Counted from the stretch's first letter, positions 8,208-17,262 are shown. The stretch: DNA of 49,328 nucleotides from an uncultured Candidatus Bathyarchaeia archaeon (GCA_964528315.1 CAZGRO010000003.1:1-49328), one strand, 5' to 3'. Notes: generated by a model not told the origin, from the letters alone. Program-made: numbers and translations.

Positions 8208-9626
8208 ATGAAAAGAGTTCCCACGGGCATTGATGGTCTGGATCCACTGATTGAGGAAGGAATACCGAAGCAGAGTCTGGTCTTGGTGTCAGGAGCGCCT
8301 GGAACCGGGAAGACCTCGTTATGCTGCAAATTCCTAGAACGGGGGGCCTCTGTCTTTGGTGAGAAAGGGCTGTATGTCTCCTTGTTTGAATCAAAGGAGG
8401 TGATGGTTGAGAATCTCTCACACCAGTTCGGCCCTGAGTTTCCAGAACTTGTCAGGCGAGGAATGATCGAGATCCTATCATTTCCAACCATGAAGGGCAA
8501 GGGTCTATCTGTAATGATGGATGTCATACTATCGGCCATTGATGAGAACAAGGCTAGAAGACTGGTCATTGATTCGCTGTCCTCGCTGCTGGAGTTTTTG
8601 CCTGAAGAACAGGAATCTCGCATGTTCATACACAATATCTTGACCAAGATTATCCCAAGCTACGAATGTACAACTCTCGTAACAAAAGAAACCCCATCAG
8701 ACGGTGTAATTGGAGCTTCTGCTGAAGACTTTGTTGCAGATGGGCTCTTCCTACTTAGAAGGTTGATCTTCCAAGGAAGGACTCTGCGAGAACTTGAAGT
8801 GGCGAAACTCAGGGGAACAAAGATATCTTCCCCAACAATACCATTCACGCTGGAGGGAGGATTCACCGTCTTTCCTCCTTTCCATCACAGAACCTTTGAG
8901 TGGGCCAAGAAGCTGAGGAGGATTCCAGACTCCGAGAACCATTTCTCAACAGGAATCGACTCACTGGACAGGATTCTCGCCGGAGGCTATTCCAAGGGAA
9001 GCATTGCGCTTTTGGAAGCAGATGAGGCCATTCCTCTCACAGCTTACGGAGTCATGTCATATCCAATAGTCGCTAATTTCCTCAACAATGGCTCTCCACT
9101 TGTGGGCATACAGTCACTAGGAGCTGATCCCGCGCGGACATATGAACGCTGGAAGGCATTTGCTGGAGAGAACGCGTCACGGGCAAGATCGGTAGAGCAG
9201 GTAAAAGGAACAGTTCAGAACAAGAAACCGTACCTAACCCTCCTGAGAAGCGAAAAGCCCGAAGGGAGATTGGAAGAATATCTTCGAGCAGGAGCCAAAC
9301 TCAGGAAGCAAACCGGGAAACCCGTTCTATGGTGGGTCGCCTTGGATCATTTCGCTGATATTTTCGGTCTCGACTACGCCGAGAAAGCGCTGAGCCAACT
9401 GTCAGTTGAGATCATACGTCACAAAGAATTGGCTGTCCTGCTTGCGAAACCGGGTTTGGAAAGCATAATGAAAACTGTCAGCAACATTGCTGCAACACAT
9501 CTTCACATAATGGATCGGCATGGAACCATTCTTTTGCACGGGATCAAACCTCGAACTCCACTATACGGCATAAGAGTTGAGATTGAGAAAGGCTTGAATT
9601 CCACAGTGTTCACCTCAATCGTCTGA
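8208..9626 (+). CDS. Two-domain KaiC-like (RecA-superfamily) ATPase; second domain lacks a P-loop
   Basis: ATG at 8208. Domain 1 has GIDGLDPLIEEGIP, Walker A GAPGTGKTS and Walker B-like RLVIDSLS. Domain 2 starts at FSTGIDSLDRILAGGYSKGSIALLEADE but has no GxxGxGK(S/T). Confidence 0.85.
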   Translation: MKRVPTGIDGLDPLIEEGIPKQSLVLVSGAPGTGKTSLCCKFLERGASVFGEKGLYVSLFESKEVMVENLSHQFGPEFPELVRRGMIEILSFPTMKGKGLSVMMDVILSAIDENKARRLVIDSLSSLLEFLPEEQESRMFIHNILTKIIPSYECTTLVTKETPSDGVIGASAEDFVADGLFLLRRLIFQGRTLRELEVAKLRGTKISSPTIPFTLEGGFTVFPPFHHRTFEWAKKLRRIPDSENHFSTGIDSLDRILAGGYSKGSIALLEADEAIPLTAYGVMSYPIVANFLNNGSPLVGIQSLGADPARTYERWKAFAGENASRARSVEQVKGTVQNKKPYLTLLRSEKPEGRLEEYLRAGAKLRKQTGKPVLWWVALDHFADIFGLDYAEKALSQLSVEIIRHKELAVLLAKPGLESIMKTVSNIAATHLHIMDRHGTILLHGIKPRTPLYGIRVEIEKGLNSTVFTSIV

Positions 9627-9643
9627 GGGAAATCAAACAGAAA

Positions 9644-9657
9644 CCGCCCCGGGGCGG
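9644..9657. repeat. Perfect 14-nt GC palindrome CCGCCCCGGGGCGG between the KaiC-like gene and the small ORF
   Basis: Read directly from the sequence. It lies 18 nt after the KaiC-like stop codon and has no downstream T-run. Confidence 0.9.
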
Positions 9658-9705
9658 CCACATACCTGGCCTGAGAGAGATGTTTCCGAGCAAGGAATAC
9701 GCAAG

Positions 9706-10020
9706 ATGAGCCGCAAGAAGGGCTTCGACATATGTATCATAGAGGCTGTAGACGAAGCCTTGTCTGTTCTCGGGGAAAGCTCTAAACAGGCATTTTACTC
9801 GCTTGTCGAGAAAAGCCACAACATCAAACGTGAAGAGATCCCTGAAAAGATAGAGATTTTCCATGGGGCTCTGATAGATGTCCTTGGCGTTGGTTCAAGG
9901 ATCATGGAGAGGCTTATTGCCAGAATGCTTTACCGCAAGCTTGTCATAGATTTTGAAGAGCGTGAAGAATGGACGCTCGTCGATTACCTCAGAGATCTGT
10001 CAGACAAAGGATTCGATTGA
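9706..10020 (+). CDS. Small conserved alpha-helical protein (copy 1 of a two-member family in this window)
   Basis: 104-aa ORF 80 nt downstream of the KaiC-like gene. It aligns ungapped with ORF 26073-26426, sharing the blocks LGE, KREEIP, FH.AL..LG.G.R..E.LI.R.LY and WTL.DY.RD.S. Confidence 0.7.
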   Translation: MSRKKGFDICIIEAVDEALSVLGESSKQAFYSLVEKSHNIKREEIPEKIEIFHGALIDVLGVGSRIMERLIARMLYRKLVIDFEEREEWTLVDYLRDLSDKGFD

Positions 10021-10184
10021 CCAGACTCTCCTTGACGAAGAGTTGAGTTCAACCGTTAGAGTCTTTTCACATCGTGATGACAAAAGACCAAGGAATTGTT
10101 CGATTGCCAGGTTTATGTGCAAGTGTGCGCAACTGATGCTAATTCAAACCATCGGAGTACAACGACCCCTTGGCTTCGTTAACA

Positions 10185-10667
10185 ATGAACAAGTCTAGGA
10201 AATACTCCTCTCTGATTGTCGCTCTTTCCATATGTCAAATAGCCGGTATCATAGGCGCTGTATTCACCACGCCCGCAATACCCGAGTGGTACGTAACCCT
10301 TCGGAAGCCAAGCATCGCCCCACCAAACTGGATCTTCGGACCAGTGTGGACAACACTCTATCTCTTGATGGGCTTCTCGCTCTACCTGGTATTGAAAGCA
10401 GGCCTCGGAAGCACGAATACCAGAAGATCAGTGGCCATGTTTTCAATTCAATTGGCCATGAACGTGTTGTGGTCCTACCTGTTCTTCGGATTGAGGTCGC
10501 CTATGTTAGGCCTAATCGAAATCATGGCGATGTGGACTGCCATTCTAACAACCATGGTCTTCTTCTGGAAAGTCTCAAGAACCGCTACCTTACTGCTTGT
10601 TCCCTATCTCCTCTGGGTGAGCTTTGCCAGCTATCTGAACTATCTGTTCATGATACTCAACCCATGA
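10185..10667 (+). CDS. tspO: TspO/MBR tryptophan-rich sensory protein
   Basis: Five TM helices with the Trp-rich signature: PEWYVTLRKPSIAPPNWIFGPVWTTLYLLMG...NVLWSYLFFG...LLVPYLLWVSFASYLN. Confidence 0.85.
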   Translation: MNKSRKYSSLIVALSICQIAGIIGAVFTTPAIPEWYVTLRKPSIAPPNWIFGPVWTTLYLLMGFSLYLVLKAGLGSTNTRRSVAMFSIQLAMNVLWSYLFFGLRSPMLGLIEIMAMWTAILTTMVFFWKVSRTATLLLVPYLLWVSFASYLNYLFMILNP

Positions 10668-11038
10668 ATACCTGCCAGGACAAACCTTCCTAGATGTCGC
10701 CTGAGCTAACTAATCACAGCAACGCTAGAACACCTGTAACCTCACAAAACAAACAGTATCCTCCAATCTAACTGATGGTGAACCATGATGGTCATCACAT
10801 GCACGACTTTCCTGTAGAACTCGTCTCTGTTGAAGTCTGTTTCACCTTATGTATGGGCAAGGCCGTGGGCCATAGTCTCTTTTCTTCGTCGAGTGGGATC
10901 TGTCCTTGCCGTGTTAGGGGATCTGGTTTGCGGTTCGTGGAGGGTGCGTGTGCGTTGATGATGCATGTGTATGCTTCTGTATGTCTTGGTAAGATCTTTG
11001 GGTTGCTCGGGCAAGAAAGGTAGATAGTCATTGGCATA

Positions 11039-11052
11039 GGGTGGCGCCACCC
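11039..11052. repeat. Perfect 14-nt palindrome GGGTGGCGCCACCC inside the 0.7-kb non-coding gap
   Basis: Read directly from the sequence. It is followed by the C-rich tract CCCTACCCCCTCACC and two copies of CGGTAATT(C/G)GGC (11070-11081 and 11099-11110). Confidence 0.9.
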
Positions 11053-11403
11053 CCCTACCCCCTCACCAACGGTAATTCGGCAGTCTCAGGGCTTTTTCCG
11101 GTAATTGGGCCTGTTTGGGCTTCTCCATGCGAAACAAGGCTTGAAACCGAAAAGGTAACGAAGTTTCGAAGCTCCTAGCGATTGAAGTTAAGGATGGGGA
11201 AAAAGCTGTTATTCAACGGTTCCCTCAGAACACGAGAAGACGTGCCAAAAGCATTGAAAGTAATCCTCAGCCAGATTTGGACCATGCTGATAAGCGAGTT
11301 CCATGGGATTTGGGATCAAAGCATACCTTGATCCTCCCGGATACGCAAAGAGTTAAACTCCTGAAGCCAAAATAACCACTAAAGAATCATGGAGGTGAAA
11401 TCT

Positions 11404-11592
11404 ATGCCAGTTGTAGTCGTAGAAATGTGGGAAGGAAGAACCTCGGAGCAGAAAGAGAAGCTAATAAAGGCTGTCACGAAGGCTTTCGAGGAAATCAGTG
11501 TAAAGCCTGAATCACTACATATCATAATTCATGATGTACCAAAGATAAACTGGGGCACACGAGGACAACAAGCCTCTAAACTGACGACATAA
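11404..11592 (+). CDS. 4-oxalocrotonate tautomerase family protein
   Basis: The ATG at 11404 follows GGAGGTGA (11391-11398). The N-terminal Met-Pro (catalytic Pro1) and MPVVVVEMWEGRTSEQKEKLIKAVTKAFEE are typical of 4-OT. Confidence 0.8.
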   Translation: MPVVVVEMWEGRTSEQKEKLIKAVTKAFEEISVKPESLHIIIHDVPKINWGTRGQQASKLTT

Positions 11593-11630
11593 CGAAACCT
11601 GTCCTTCTCTTGCTCAGATAAACCTCAAGC

Positions 11631-11656
11631 CCTTTTTCTCTCAGTTTTGGGTTTTC
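11631..11656 (+). terminator. Oligo-T tracts (archaeal-type terminator candidate) after the tautomerase gene
   Basis: CCTTTTTCTCTCAGTTTTGGGTTTTC: three T4-T5 runs within 40-65 nt of the stop codon. Confidence 0.3.
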
Positions 11657-12059
11657 AACTCCAATCAGCACGATCTTTCGCCCGCAGAGTATGTAGGGCG
11701 GCGCTGGTGTTGATGCCCAGCCTGTTCAGTACGAAGGGTCAACATACGGTCCTGTAAATTGTCTGTCACTATCTGACAAACACGCGTTCATGGGAAGCGG
11801 CACGGCGTTTCATGGATTGTGAGTGTGACTCGTGCCCCTCGAGACTAAGCTGCAGTTTCAAGAAGATCACATTCAATCTCTAAGATCTCTCCTAAGCCTA
11901 CGCTGCCTTGTCCACGGTGAGATGGTCATGGCGGTAAGAAAGAATGGTCGAATCCTGTTCTGGTGCGGTTGCCAGAAAGATCTTGAACCCTCTCTGCTTG
12001 AGCAAGAGACCTAATCAAGGAGATGCCTTGACTCAGTCCTCAGCTTTAGCCAGATTTGT

Positions 12060-12833
12060 CTAGTATGCCCAGGGTTTCGTTAGGAATTCGAAATCTTTGG
12101 GCTTGCTCACGAATGATCTCAGCAAGCCACTATCCTTTGGTACCGCTGGACTAACCTCGGCATCTACGATTCTAGCCTCAGGGATTCTTCCGTAGTTCTC
12201 ATTTTTCATCAGTTGTCCTCCCTCCAGCAGATAGTATGAGCCGCCCTTCGTAGTCATGAACCTGTCGTGCTTCTCCAGACAGTACTGTGAAACCAGGTTT
12301 CCTATCACCAATTCCCTTGGAGAGGCATTGATAGTGATATGGCCGGAGTAAGGAGGAACAATCACAATATCACCTTCACGTGCCGTCACCAAAGAGACAT
12401 CTGCGACTTCCTCCCCCCTGTATCTCTCTATGAGAAAACGAGCCTCGCCCTCAAGCACCTCAATCGCCTCTGGATCCGACCACACCCCTTCCACAAGCTG
12501 ATGCTCATGCCCAATAGTCTTCACATACTCCCTCCCCAGCGTCATTGGAGGGACCACGGTGACGTCGTATCTCAAATCGTGTTTCATTAGCAGTGTTCGT
12601 CCGTATTCATCTGGGTACAGATTCCTATGAACTGTGTAGACAACTAGCTCAGGGTCTAGGTCCTTGCAGGAAGCCGCATCGTAAAGAACCGGCTTAAGAT
12701 CTTTGAGCTTGCGGACCAAAGGGTAACCGTCGACGAGTAAACTCTGCAAGGAAACCGTCTTCCGGTCACCTTGCTCCTCGACGAACACCATAAGCATCTG
12801 GTTGACTCTACCAGAAACCGGACTGAGCTTCAT
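12060..12833 (-). CDS. Cupin-type glucose-6-phosphate isomerase family protein
   Basis: Cupin metal-site motifs occur in the order seen in archaeal cPGI: TIGHEH..E..EVLEGEA ... GDIVIVPPYSGHITIN. The N-terminal ~100 aa are unassigned. Confidence 0.6.
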   Translation of the reverse strand: MKLSPVSGRVNQMLMVFVEEQGDRKTVSLQSLLVDGYPLVRKLKDLKPVLYDAASCKDLDPELVVYTVHRNLYPDEYGRTLLMKHDLRYDVTVVPPMTLGREYVKTIGHEHQLVEGVWSDPEAIEVLEGEARFLIERYRGEEVADVSLVTAREGDIVIVPPYSGHITINASPRELVIGNLVSQYCLEKHDRFMTTKGGSYYLLEGGQLMKNENYGRIPEARIVDAEVSPAVPKDSGLLRSFVSKPKDFEFLTKPWAY

Positions 12834-13177
12834 CTACTATATCTCCCAGCTCCCCCCAATGTGGTCATCTACCTAAGTGTGAGGAAAGCCAATATAACAC
12901 TAGCCATTGAACCTTGAAAAGAGTATTGCAAACAGCCCTGTGCATACGGTGATATCTCTCAACACCCCGTCGACCAGTGACATAGGTTCCCCAGAGTTTG
13001 ACCGTGATCTCCTCCTCATTAAGACCACAACCAACAGGAGAAATCATACTCTGAGAAGACTGAAAATGCTCCACCTGACTACCGGAATCGCATTGCTTTG
13101 ATTCGAATGCGAGACATGCCTCCTGACGACTTCTCCCGAACATACGGGCTCCACCACGGAAAACGATAATTCGCCAT

Positions 13178-14413
13178 TTGGCGCTCATCAATACCACTTA
13201 CAGCGGTCAACGGGGCTCCCTGGTGAAGAAAACGGAACAAGTCAAAGATGTGAAGAACAGTTCGTTTCTTCCGCTTGGTAGGGATCTGACTTTGTTGCTG
13301 GTTTCAAATTCAGTGGGTTCATTCGGCGATGGACTTTACGCCTATCTCCTGCCTGTTTACATGACTAGGACCCTTGGAGCAAGTTCAGTAGAAATTGGAA
13401 CGCTCTACGCTATTGTCAACCTCTTTGCGGCCTCAACTCTGCTGCTTGGCGGAGTCCTTGCGGACAGATATGATCCGAAAAAGATCATGGTCATCGGGTG
13501 GGGCCTGTGGGTACCTGTTCCCGTAATTTTCTCCTTCGCCAGAACATGGCCTGAATTGATCCTTGGCATGGTGCTTTGGGGGTTCTGGCTCGGTGGACCA
13601 TCAGTTGCGGCCTACGTCGCAAGGGCGGCAGACAGACAGAAGTTGGCTTTCGCATTTGCGGCATTGTCTGCAGGTTGGTCGTTTGGGTATGTCTTCTCTC
13701 CCGCCATGGGTGGATACTTCGCTGAGACATTTGGAATGCGAACTGTGTTCTTTCTCGCCTCCATTCTATATGCTTCTGCAGGCTTCATCTTGGTGTTCAT
13801 AACCGGACAGCAACCGAACAGCCATTCACAGATGTCTGCAGCACAGAGCTACTCGTTTGTCCAGATTCTGAGAAAGAGAGAGATTCTCAAACACTCTGTT
13901 CTCTTCTCGCTGACCATGTTCGCTTTAATGATCTTCCGACCATTCGTTTCACGGTTTCTTGCAGACATGTACGAATACAGTGAAGTAAGAATCGGCATTC
14001 TTGGCTCAACTCTATTCTTCGGATCGTCGGTTCTTGGGGTCATGCTTGGCAGATTGGGCGACAAATGGCGAAGATCATATGCCTTGTCCACCTCCCTGGG
14101 CCTCTGCAGTCTTTCGCTAATCCTTATGTTGTCGTCCGCGGAGTTCTTCTTCTTGATGATGGCGCTCTTTCTGGCCGGATGCTCGTATACAATGTGGTCT
14201 CTCTTGAATGCAATCATCACTTCTGGAAGCCCGGAATTTGCGCGGGCTCGCTGGGTTTCGATTCCTCAGGCGCTTGCGATGTCTACTTCCACGTTTGCAC
14301 CGTTGCTGGGCGGAATCTTGTACAATTACTCGCCGAAGTATCCATTCCTGTTGGCGATTGGCGCAATGCTCCTTCTCGCCCTGGCGGTGGCTGTTGGGGA
14401 TTTTGAGAAGTAG
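13178..14413 (+). CDS. MFS transporter
   Basis: 411 aa with about 12 TM helices. An MFS loop 2-3-like motif GGVLADRYDPKK is present, with its second-half counterpart GRLGDKWRR. Confidence 0.8.
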   Translation: MALINTTYSGQRGSLVKKTEQVKDVKNSSFLPLGRDLTLLLVSNSVGSFGDGLYAYLLPVYMTRTLGASSVEIGTLYAIVNLFAASTLLLGGVLADRYDPKKIMVIGWGLWVPVPVIFSFARTWPELILGMVLWGFWLGGPSVAAYVARAADRQKLAFAFAALSAGWSFGYVFSPAMGGYFAETFGMRTVFFLASILYASAGFILVFITGQQPNSHSQMSAAQSYSFVQILRKREILKHSVLFSLTMFALMIFRPFVSRFLADMYEYSEVRIGILGSTLFFGSSVLGVMLGRLGDKWRRSYALSTSLGLCSLSLILMLSSAEFFFLMMALFLAGCSYTMWSLLNAIITSGSPEFARARWVSIPQALAMSTSTFAPLLGGILYNYSPKYPFLLAIGAMLLLALAVAVGDFEK

Positions 14414-14627
14414 CCATCTGCAGTGAAGATGCAGACGGCTGTGGCCCCGCTCCCTAATGACTCAGTCACAGCTGAATCTACTTCTGTTTCCGTGTGAACA
14501 CCAATAGTGGTACACATAATTGCCGGAGCCATGGCTCAAACTGCAACGGCGGCATTATCGTATACGCAAAAGATTGAAGCTATTGTTCAAACTACGATGG
14601 GCGCACATCATAATTAACACGCAAGCA

Positions 14628-15542
14628 TTAGGTTGAATCCCAGCTTGGTTTCACAGGGGGTCTGCACGCTTGCTTTCTCCTACCCAACACAACCACGGCC
14701 ACCAATGAAAGGCCTAGCACAATTAGAGGCATGGTGAACTCTGGTATGCCTGCGGCCGCTGAGGCGCCATAGATGACCTCGGCAATCAGGTTCGTTGCCA
14801 GATTCAGAGATTCGCCAACGCGTTCTTTGAAAAGCGCGTTATCTGTGTCATACTGGTCATCCATCCACTTTGCAGTTCGACCCTTTCCTGAATCGTCAAA
14901 AGTTGTGTCATGAGCAAGTTTGAGAGCAGCGTCATGCGCAGAGATTGACTCAAGCGCTCTATCAAACGTAAGATAACTCGTGAATGAGCTGCTGTAGTTG
15001 TCAGTTCTACTATTCACCCAGTTCTCATAATCGCTGTGATGCTTCTCCGATCCCCAATCAGTGGCTGAGCCCATAACATGACCAAACACCGCCATGTCAG
15101 CTACATAGTGAGCAGTAATGCCCATCCATTTCGCCGCGGCGCGATAGTCCCTTGAAATGAGGTGTGAAAGCGTGTTTTGATAGGCTTCTTGAGCCCGTTT
15201 TGCAGACGCGTCGTCTTGGAGTCTTCCGGTCGAACGATAGTACACGTGATGAAGCATAGTGTCGCCTATCCCATCCCCGAGAGGAGCATTCCTGTTGTCA
15301 GGCAACTCCGTTCCGTAGAGGTAGACGCCCAAGTTATCTCGAACCCAGAAATCCAAATCGTCCGGCACCCAGTCTAAGGCATGATGCGCCAACCAGTCAT
15401 GCGTTCCATATCTTGGATCGCTGGGGTCTGTGCTAAATCCACCGTTGCTCCAAGCCCCAACGGAACGAAAAGCGAAAGATACTGAAACAGTTCCCAAACA
15501 GAAGAATGCAATGGCAAAGTTGACTGTACGACCCGTCTTCAC
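14628..15542 (-). CDS. Secreted zinc-dependent phospholipase C / P1-nuclease-fold protein with PEF-CTERM-like anchor
   Basis: The signal peptide ends ...SVGA|W, leaving an N-terminal Trp as in PLC/P1 zinc enzymes. His-rich ligand motifs are THDWLAHHAL, MLHHVYY, ITAHYVADMAVFGH and EKHHSDYE. The C-terminus GIPEFTMPLIVLGLSLVAVVVLGRRKQ has the form of an archaeal sorting signal. Confidence 0.65.
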   Translation of the reverse strand: MKTGRTVNFAIAFFCLGTVSVSFAFRSVGAWSNGGFSTDPSDPRYGTHDWLAHHALDWVPDDLDFWVRDNLGVYLYGTELPDNRNAPLGDGIGDTMLHHVYYRSTGRLQDDASAKRAQEAYQNTLSHLISRDYRAAAKWMGITAHYVADMAVFGHVMGSATDWGSEKHHSDYENWVNSRTDNYSSSFTSYLTFDRALESISAHDAALKLAHDTTFDDSGKGRTAKWMDDQYDTDNALFKERVGESLNLATNLIAEVIYGASAAAGIPEFTMPLIVLGLSLVAVVVLGRRKQACRPPVKPSWDST

Positions 15543-16152
15543 GCCTCTGATCGCATTCAGCCCCAGCCCGTTATGCCTTGACGATCTTCAGTTCCATAGG
15601 CCCACATTGCCGCGTTCGTTCTGAATCACCATGTGATCAAATCATCCGTAGCTCGAGTATTGCAAGATTAACTCTCAAACTGACCATGGCTCCAAGATCA
15701 GATACTGAAGTCACCAGCGGAATGACAAGGTTGTCTGGTTCCGGTCCCTCGCGCGCGCTGCTGAATGAACGAGATTAACCAGAGTCGTAACACTGTGTAG
15801 CTTAGCCAAAAGATCGCGAACAGAGATTGGCTTGTACCGCATCCTGTCTCTCACGAGAGCTCATCTTTCCATAGAGGTCTTTGCGGAACTGGATTTAAGG
15901 ATAATCAAGTAGAGTGGAAAAGAGGCGATTCTCAGCCATCAGCCAGATGACCGCCACAGCCTTCTAGGTGATATCGCCCCTGCTCTGACCCAGATAATCC
16001 ATCTCCTATCAGCGACTGGTGAGCACGCCAATTGCTCGCAGTAGACTCTGATTCGTCAAGAACACAGTTAAGATAATAAGGGGACTGTACAATCGCATTG
16101 CGCGCGAGGGATCACCACGAAGTACCGCAAATTCGGAAAGCTTGACTGGAAA

Positions 16153-17262
16153 GTGTCAGCTCTCGGATTCGGCGCGATGAGGTTGCCCACCGTCGGTGGA
16201 GACGCATCAAAGATCGACGAACCCTTGGCAACCAAGATGATACGGTACGCCATAGATCACGGCGTGAACTACGTGGATACTGCGTATGGTTACCACCGTG
16301 GAGCAAGTGAAGGCTTTGTTGGAAAAGTCTTGAAGGATGGGTTCAGGGATAAGGTCAGACTCGCGACCAAGATGCCGACATGGCTCGTCAACACCCAAGA
16401 GGACATGGACAAGTACCTGAATGAGCAACTCAGCAAGTTGCAGACCGATCATGTGGATTTCTATCTTCTCCACGGGCTGAACAAGGAGCGGTGGCTGAAA
16501 ATGAAGGCACTGAAGGTCACTGAATGGGCGGAGAAGAAGATCGACGAGGGGAAGATCAGAAATCTCGGCTTCAGCTTCCATGACGAGTATCCTGTGTTCA
16601 AAGAAATCATAGACAGCTACGATGGCTGGGTTCTCAGCCAGATTCAATACAACTACGCCGAGCCGCAGTACCAAGCCGGTACAAGGGGGCTCAAGTATGC
16701 TGCTTCCAAAGGGCTTGCAGTGGTTATCATGGAGCCAGTAGCCGGAGGAAGACTCGCGGTCAATCCTCCAGCAGGAGTCCAAGACCTCTGGGACAAGTCA
16801 GGAATCCAAGCGACCCGAGCGAATCTGGCATTGAGATGGGTTTGGAACCAACCTGAGGTATCGGTGGCTCTAAGCGGAATGAGCACAATGGAGCAGGTCA
16901 TCGAAAATGTGAAAACAGCTGAATGCTCTGAACCAGGGAATCTGACGGAGAAAGAACTCCGGTTCATCAATCGACTCGCACAGAAACACAAGGAGCTGGG
17001 ATACATCGGCTGCACAGGTTGCAGATACTGCATACCTTGCCCCCAAGGCGTAGACATCCCACAGATAATCGCTCTATTCAATGAATTCTACATAAAGGGA
17101 CAAGATGATGCAATCAAGAAGAAATATCGGGAGCAAATTCCGTTAGAGAGCCAAGCGAAAAGATGTGCGAAATGCAGAAAGTGCGAGGCTTTGTGTCCAC
17201 AGCAGCTGCCAATAAGCACGATCATGAGTAGAGCCCTCTTCATTTTCGAGCAGAATCTCTAG
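16153..17262 (+). CDS. Aldo/keto reductase with C-terminal 4Fe-4S ferredoxin-like domain
   Basis: AKR motifs are GFGAMRLP, NYVDTAYGY and DFYLLHG. The C-terminal cysteine clusters are CTGCRYCIPCP and CAKCRKCEALCP. The conserved N-terminal residues KYRKFGKLDWK lie upstream of the first canonical start (GTG 16153); see findings. Confidence 0.85.
   Translation: MSALGFGAMRLPTVGGDASKIDEPLATKMIRYAIDHGVNYVDTAYGYHRGASEGFVGKVLKDGFRDKVRLATKMPTWLVNTQEDMDKYLNEQLSKLQTDHVDFYLLHGLNKERWLKMKALKVTEWAEKKIDEGKIRNLGFSFHDEYPVFKEIIDSYDGWVLSQIQYNYAEPQYQAGTRGLKYAASKGLAVVIMEPVAGGRLAVNPPAGVQDLWDKSGIQATRANLALRWVWNQPEVSVALSGMSTMEQVIENVKTAECSEPGNLTEKELRFINRLAQKHKELGYIGCTGCRYCIPCPQGVDIPQIIALFNEFYIKGQDDAIKKKYREQIPLESQAKRCAKCRKCEALCPQQLPISTIMSRALFIFEQNL

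Noticed and set aside
8201-8647. 148-aa minus-strand ORF inside the KaiC-like gene
   Set aside because: It is antisense to a gene with strong motif support. Its composition is low-complexity and Ser/Pro-rich, typical of shadow frames.
10950-11000. TGATGA (C-box-like) in the G+T-rich tract, as a possible C/D box sRNA
   Set aside because: No properly spaced CTGA D/D' boxes or terminal stem are present.
11606-12009. 10-nt inverted repeat TCTCTTGCTC / GAGCAAGAGA flanking a ~400-nt ORF-poor stretch (MITE-like)
   Set aside because: The repeat is too short to be significant. There are no target-site duplications and no further terminal similarity.
12881-12890. GAGGAAAGCC resembling the RNase P RNA CR-I motif
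   Set aside because: There is no CR-IV/CR-V partner (ACAGAA...GGCUUA) or P4 complement in the 340-nt gap on either strand.
12865-13197. 110-aa minus-strand ORF between the cupin-PGI and MFS genes
   Set aside because: Its position is operon-like (31 nt upstream of the PGI gene). However, I recognise no family, it overlaps the MFS start, and I cannot support it from sequence alone.
16207-16782. 191-aa minus-strand ORF inside the aldo/keto reductase gene
   Set aside because: It is a shadow ORF opposite a well-supported CDS and has no motifs.
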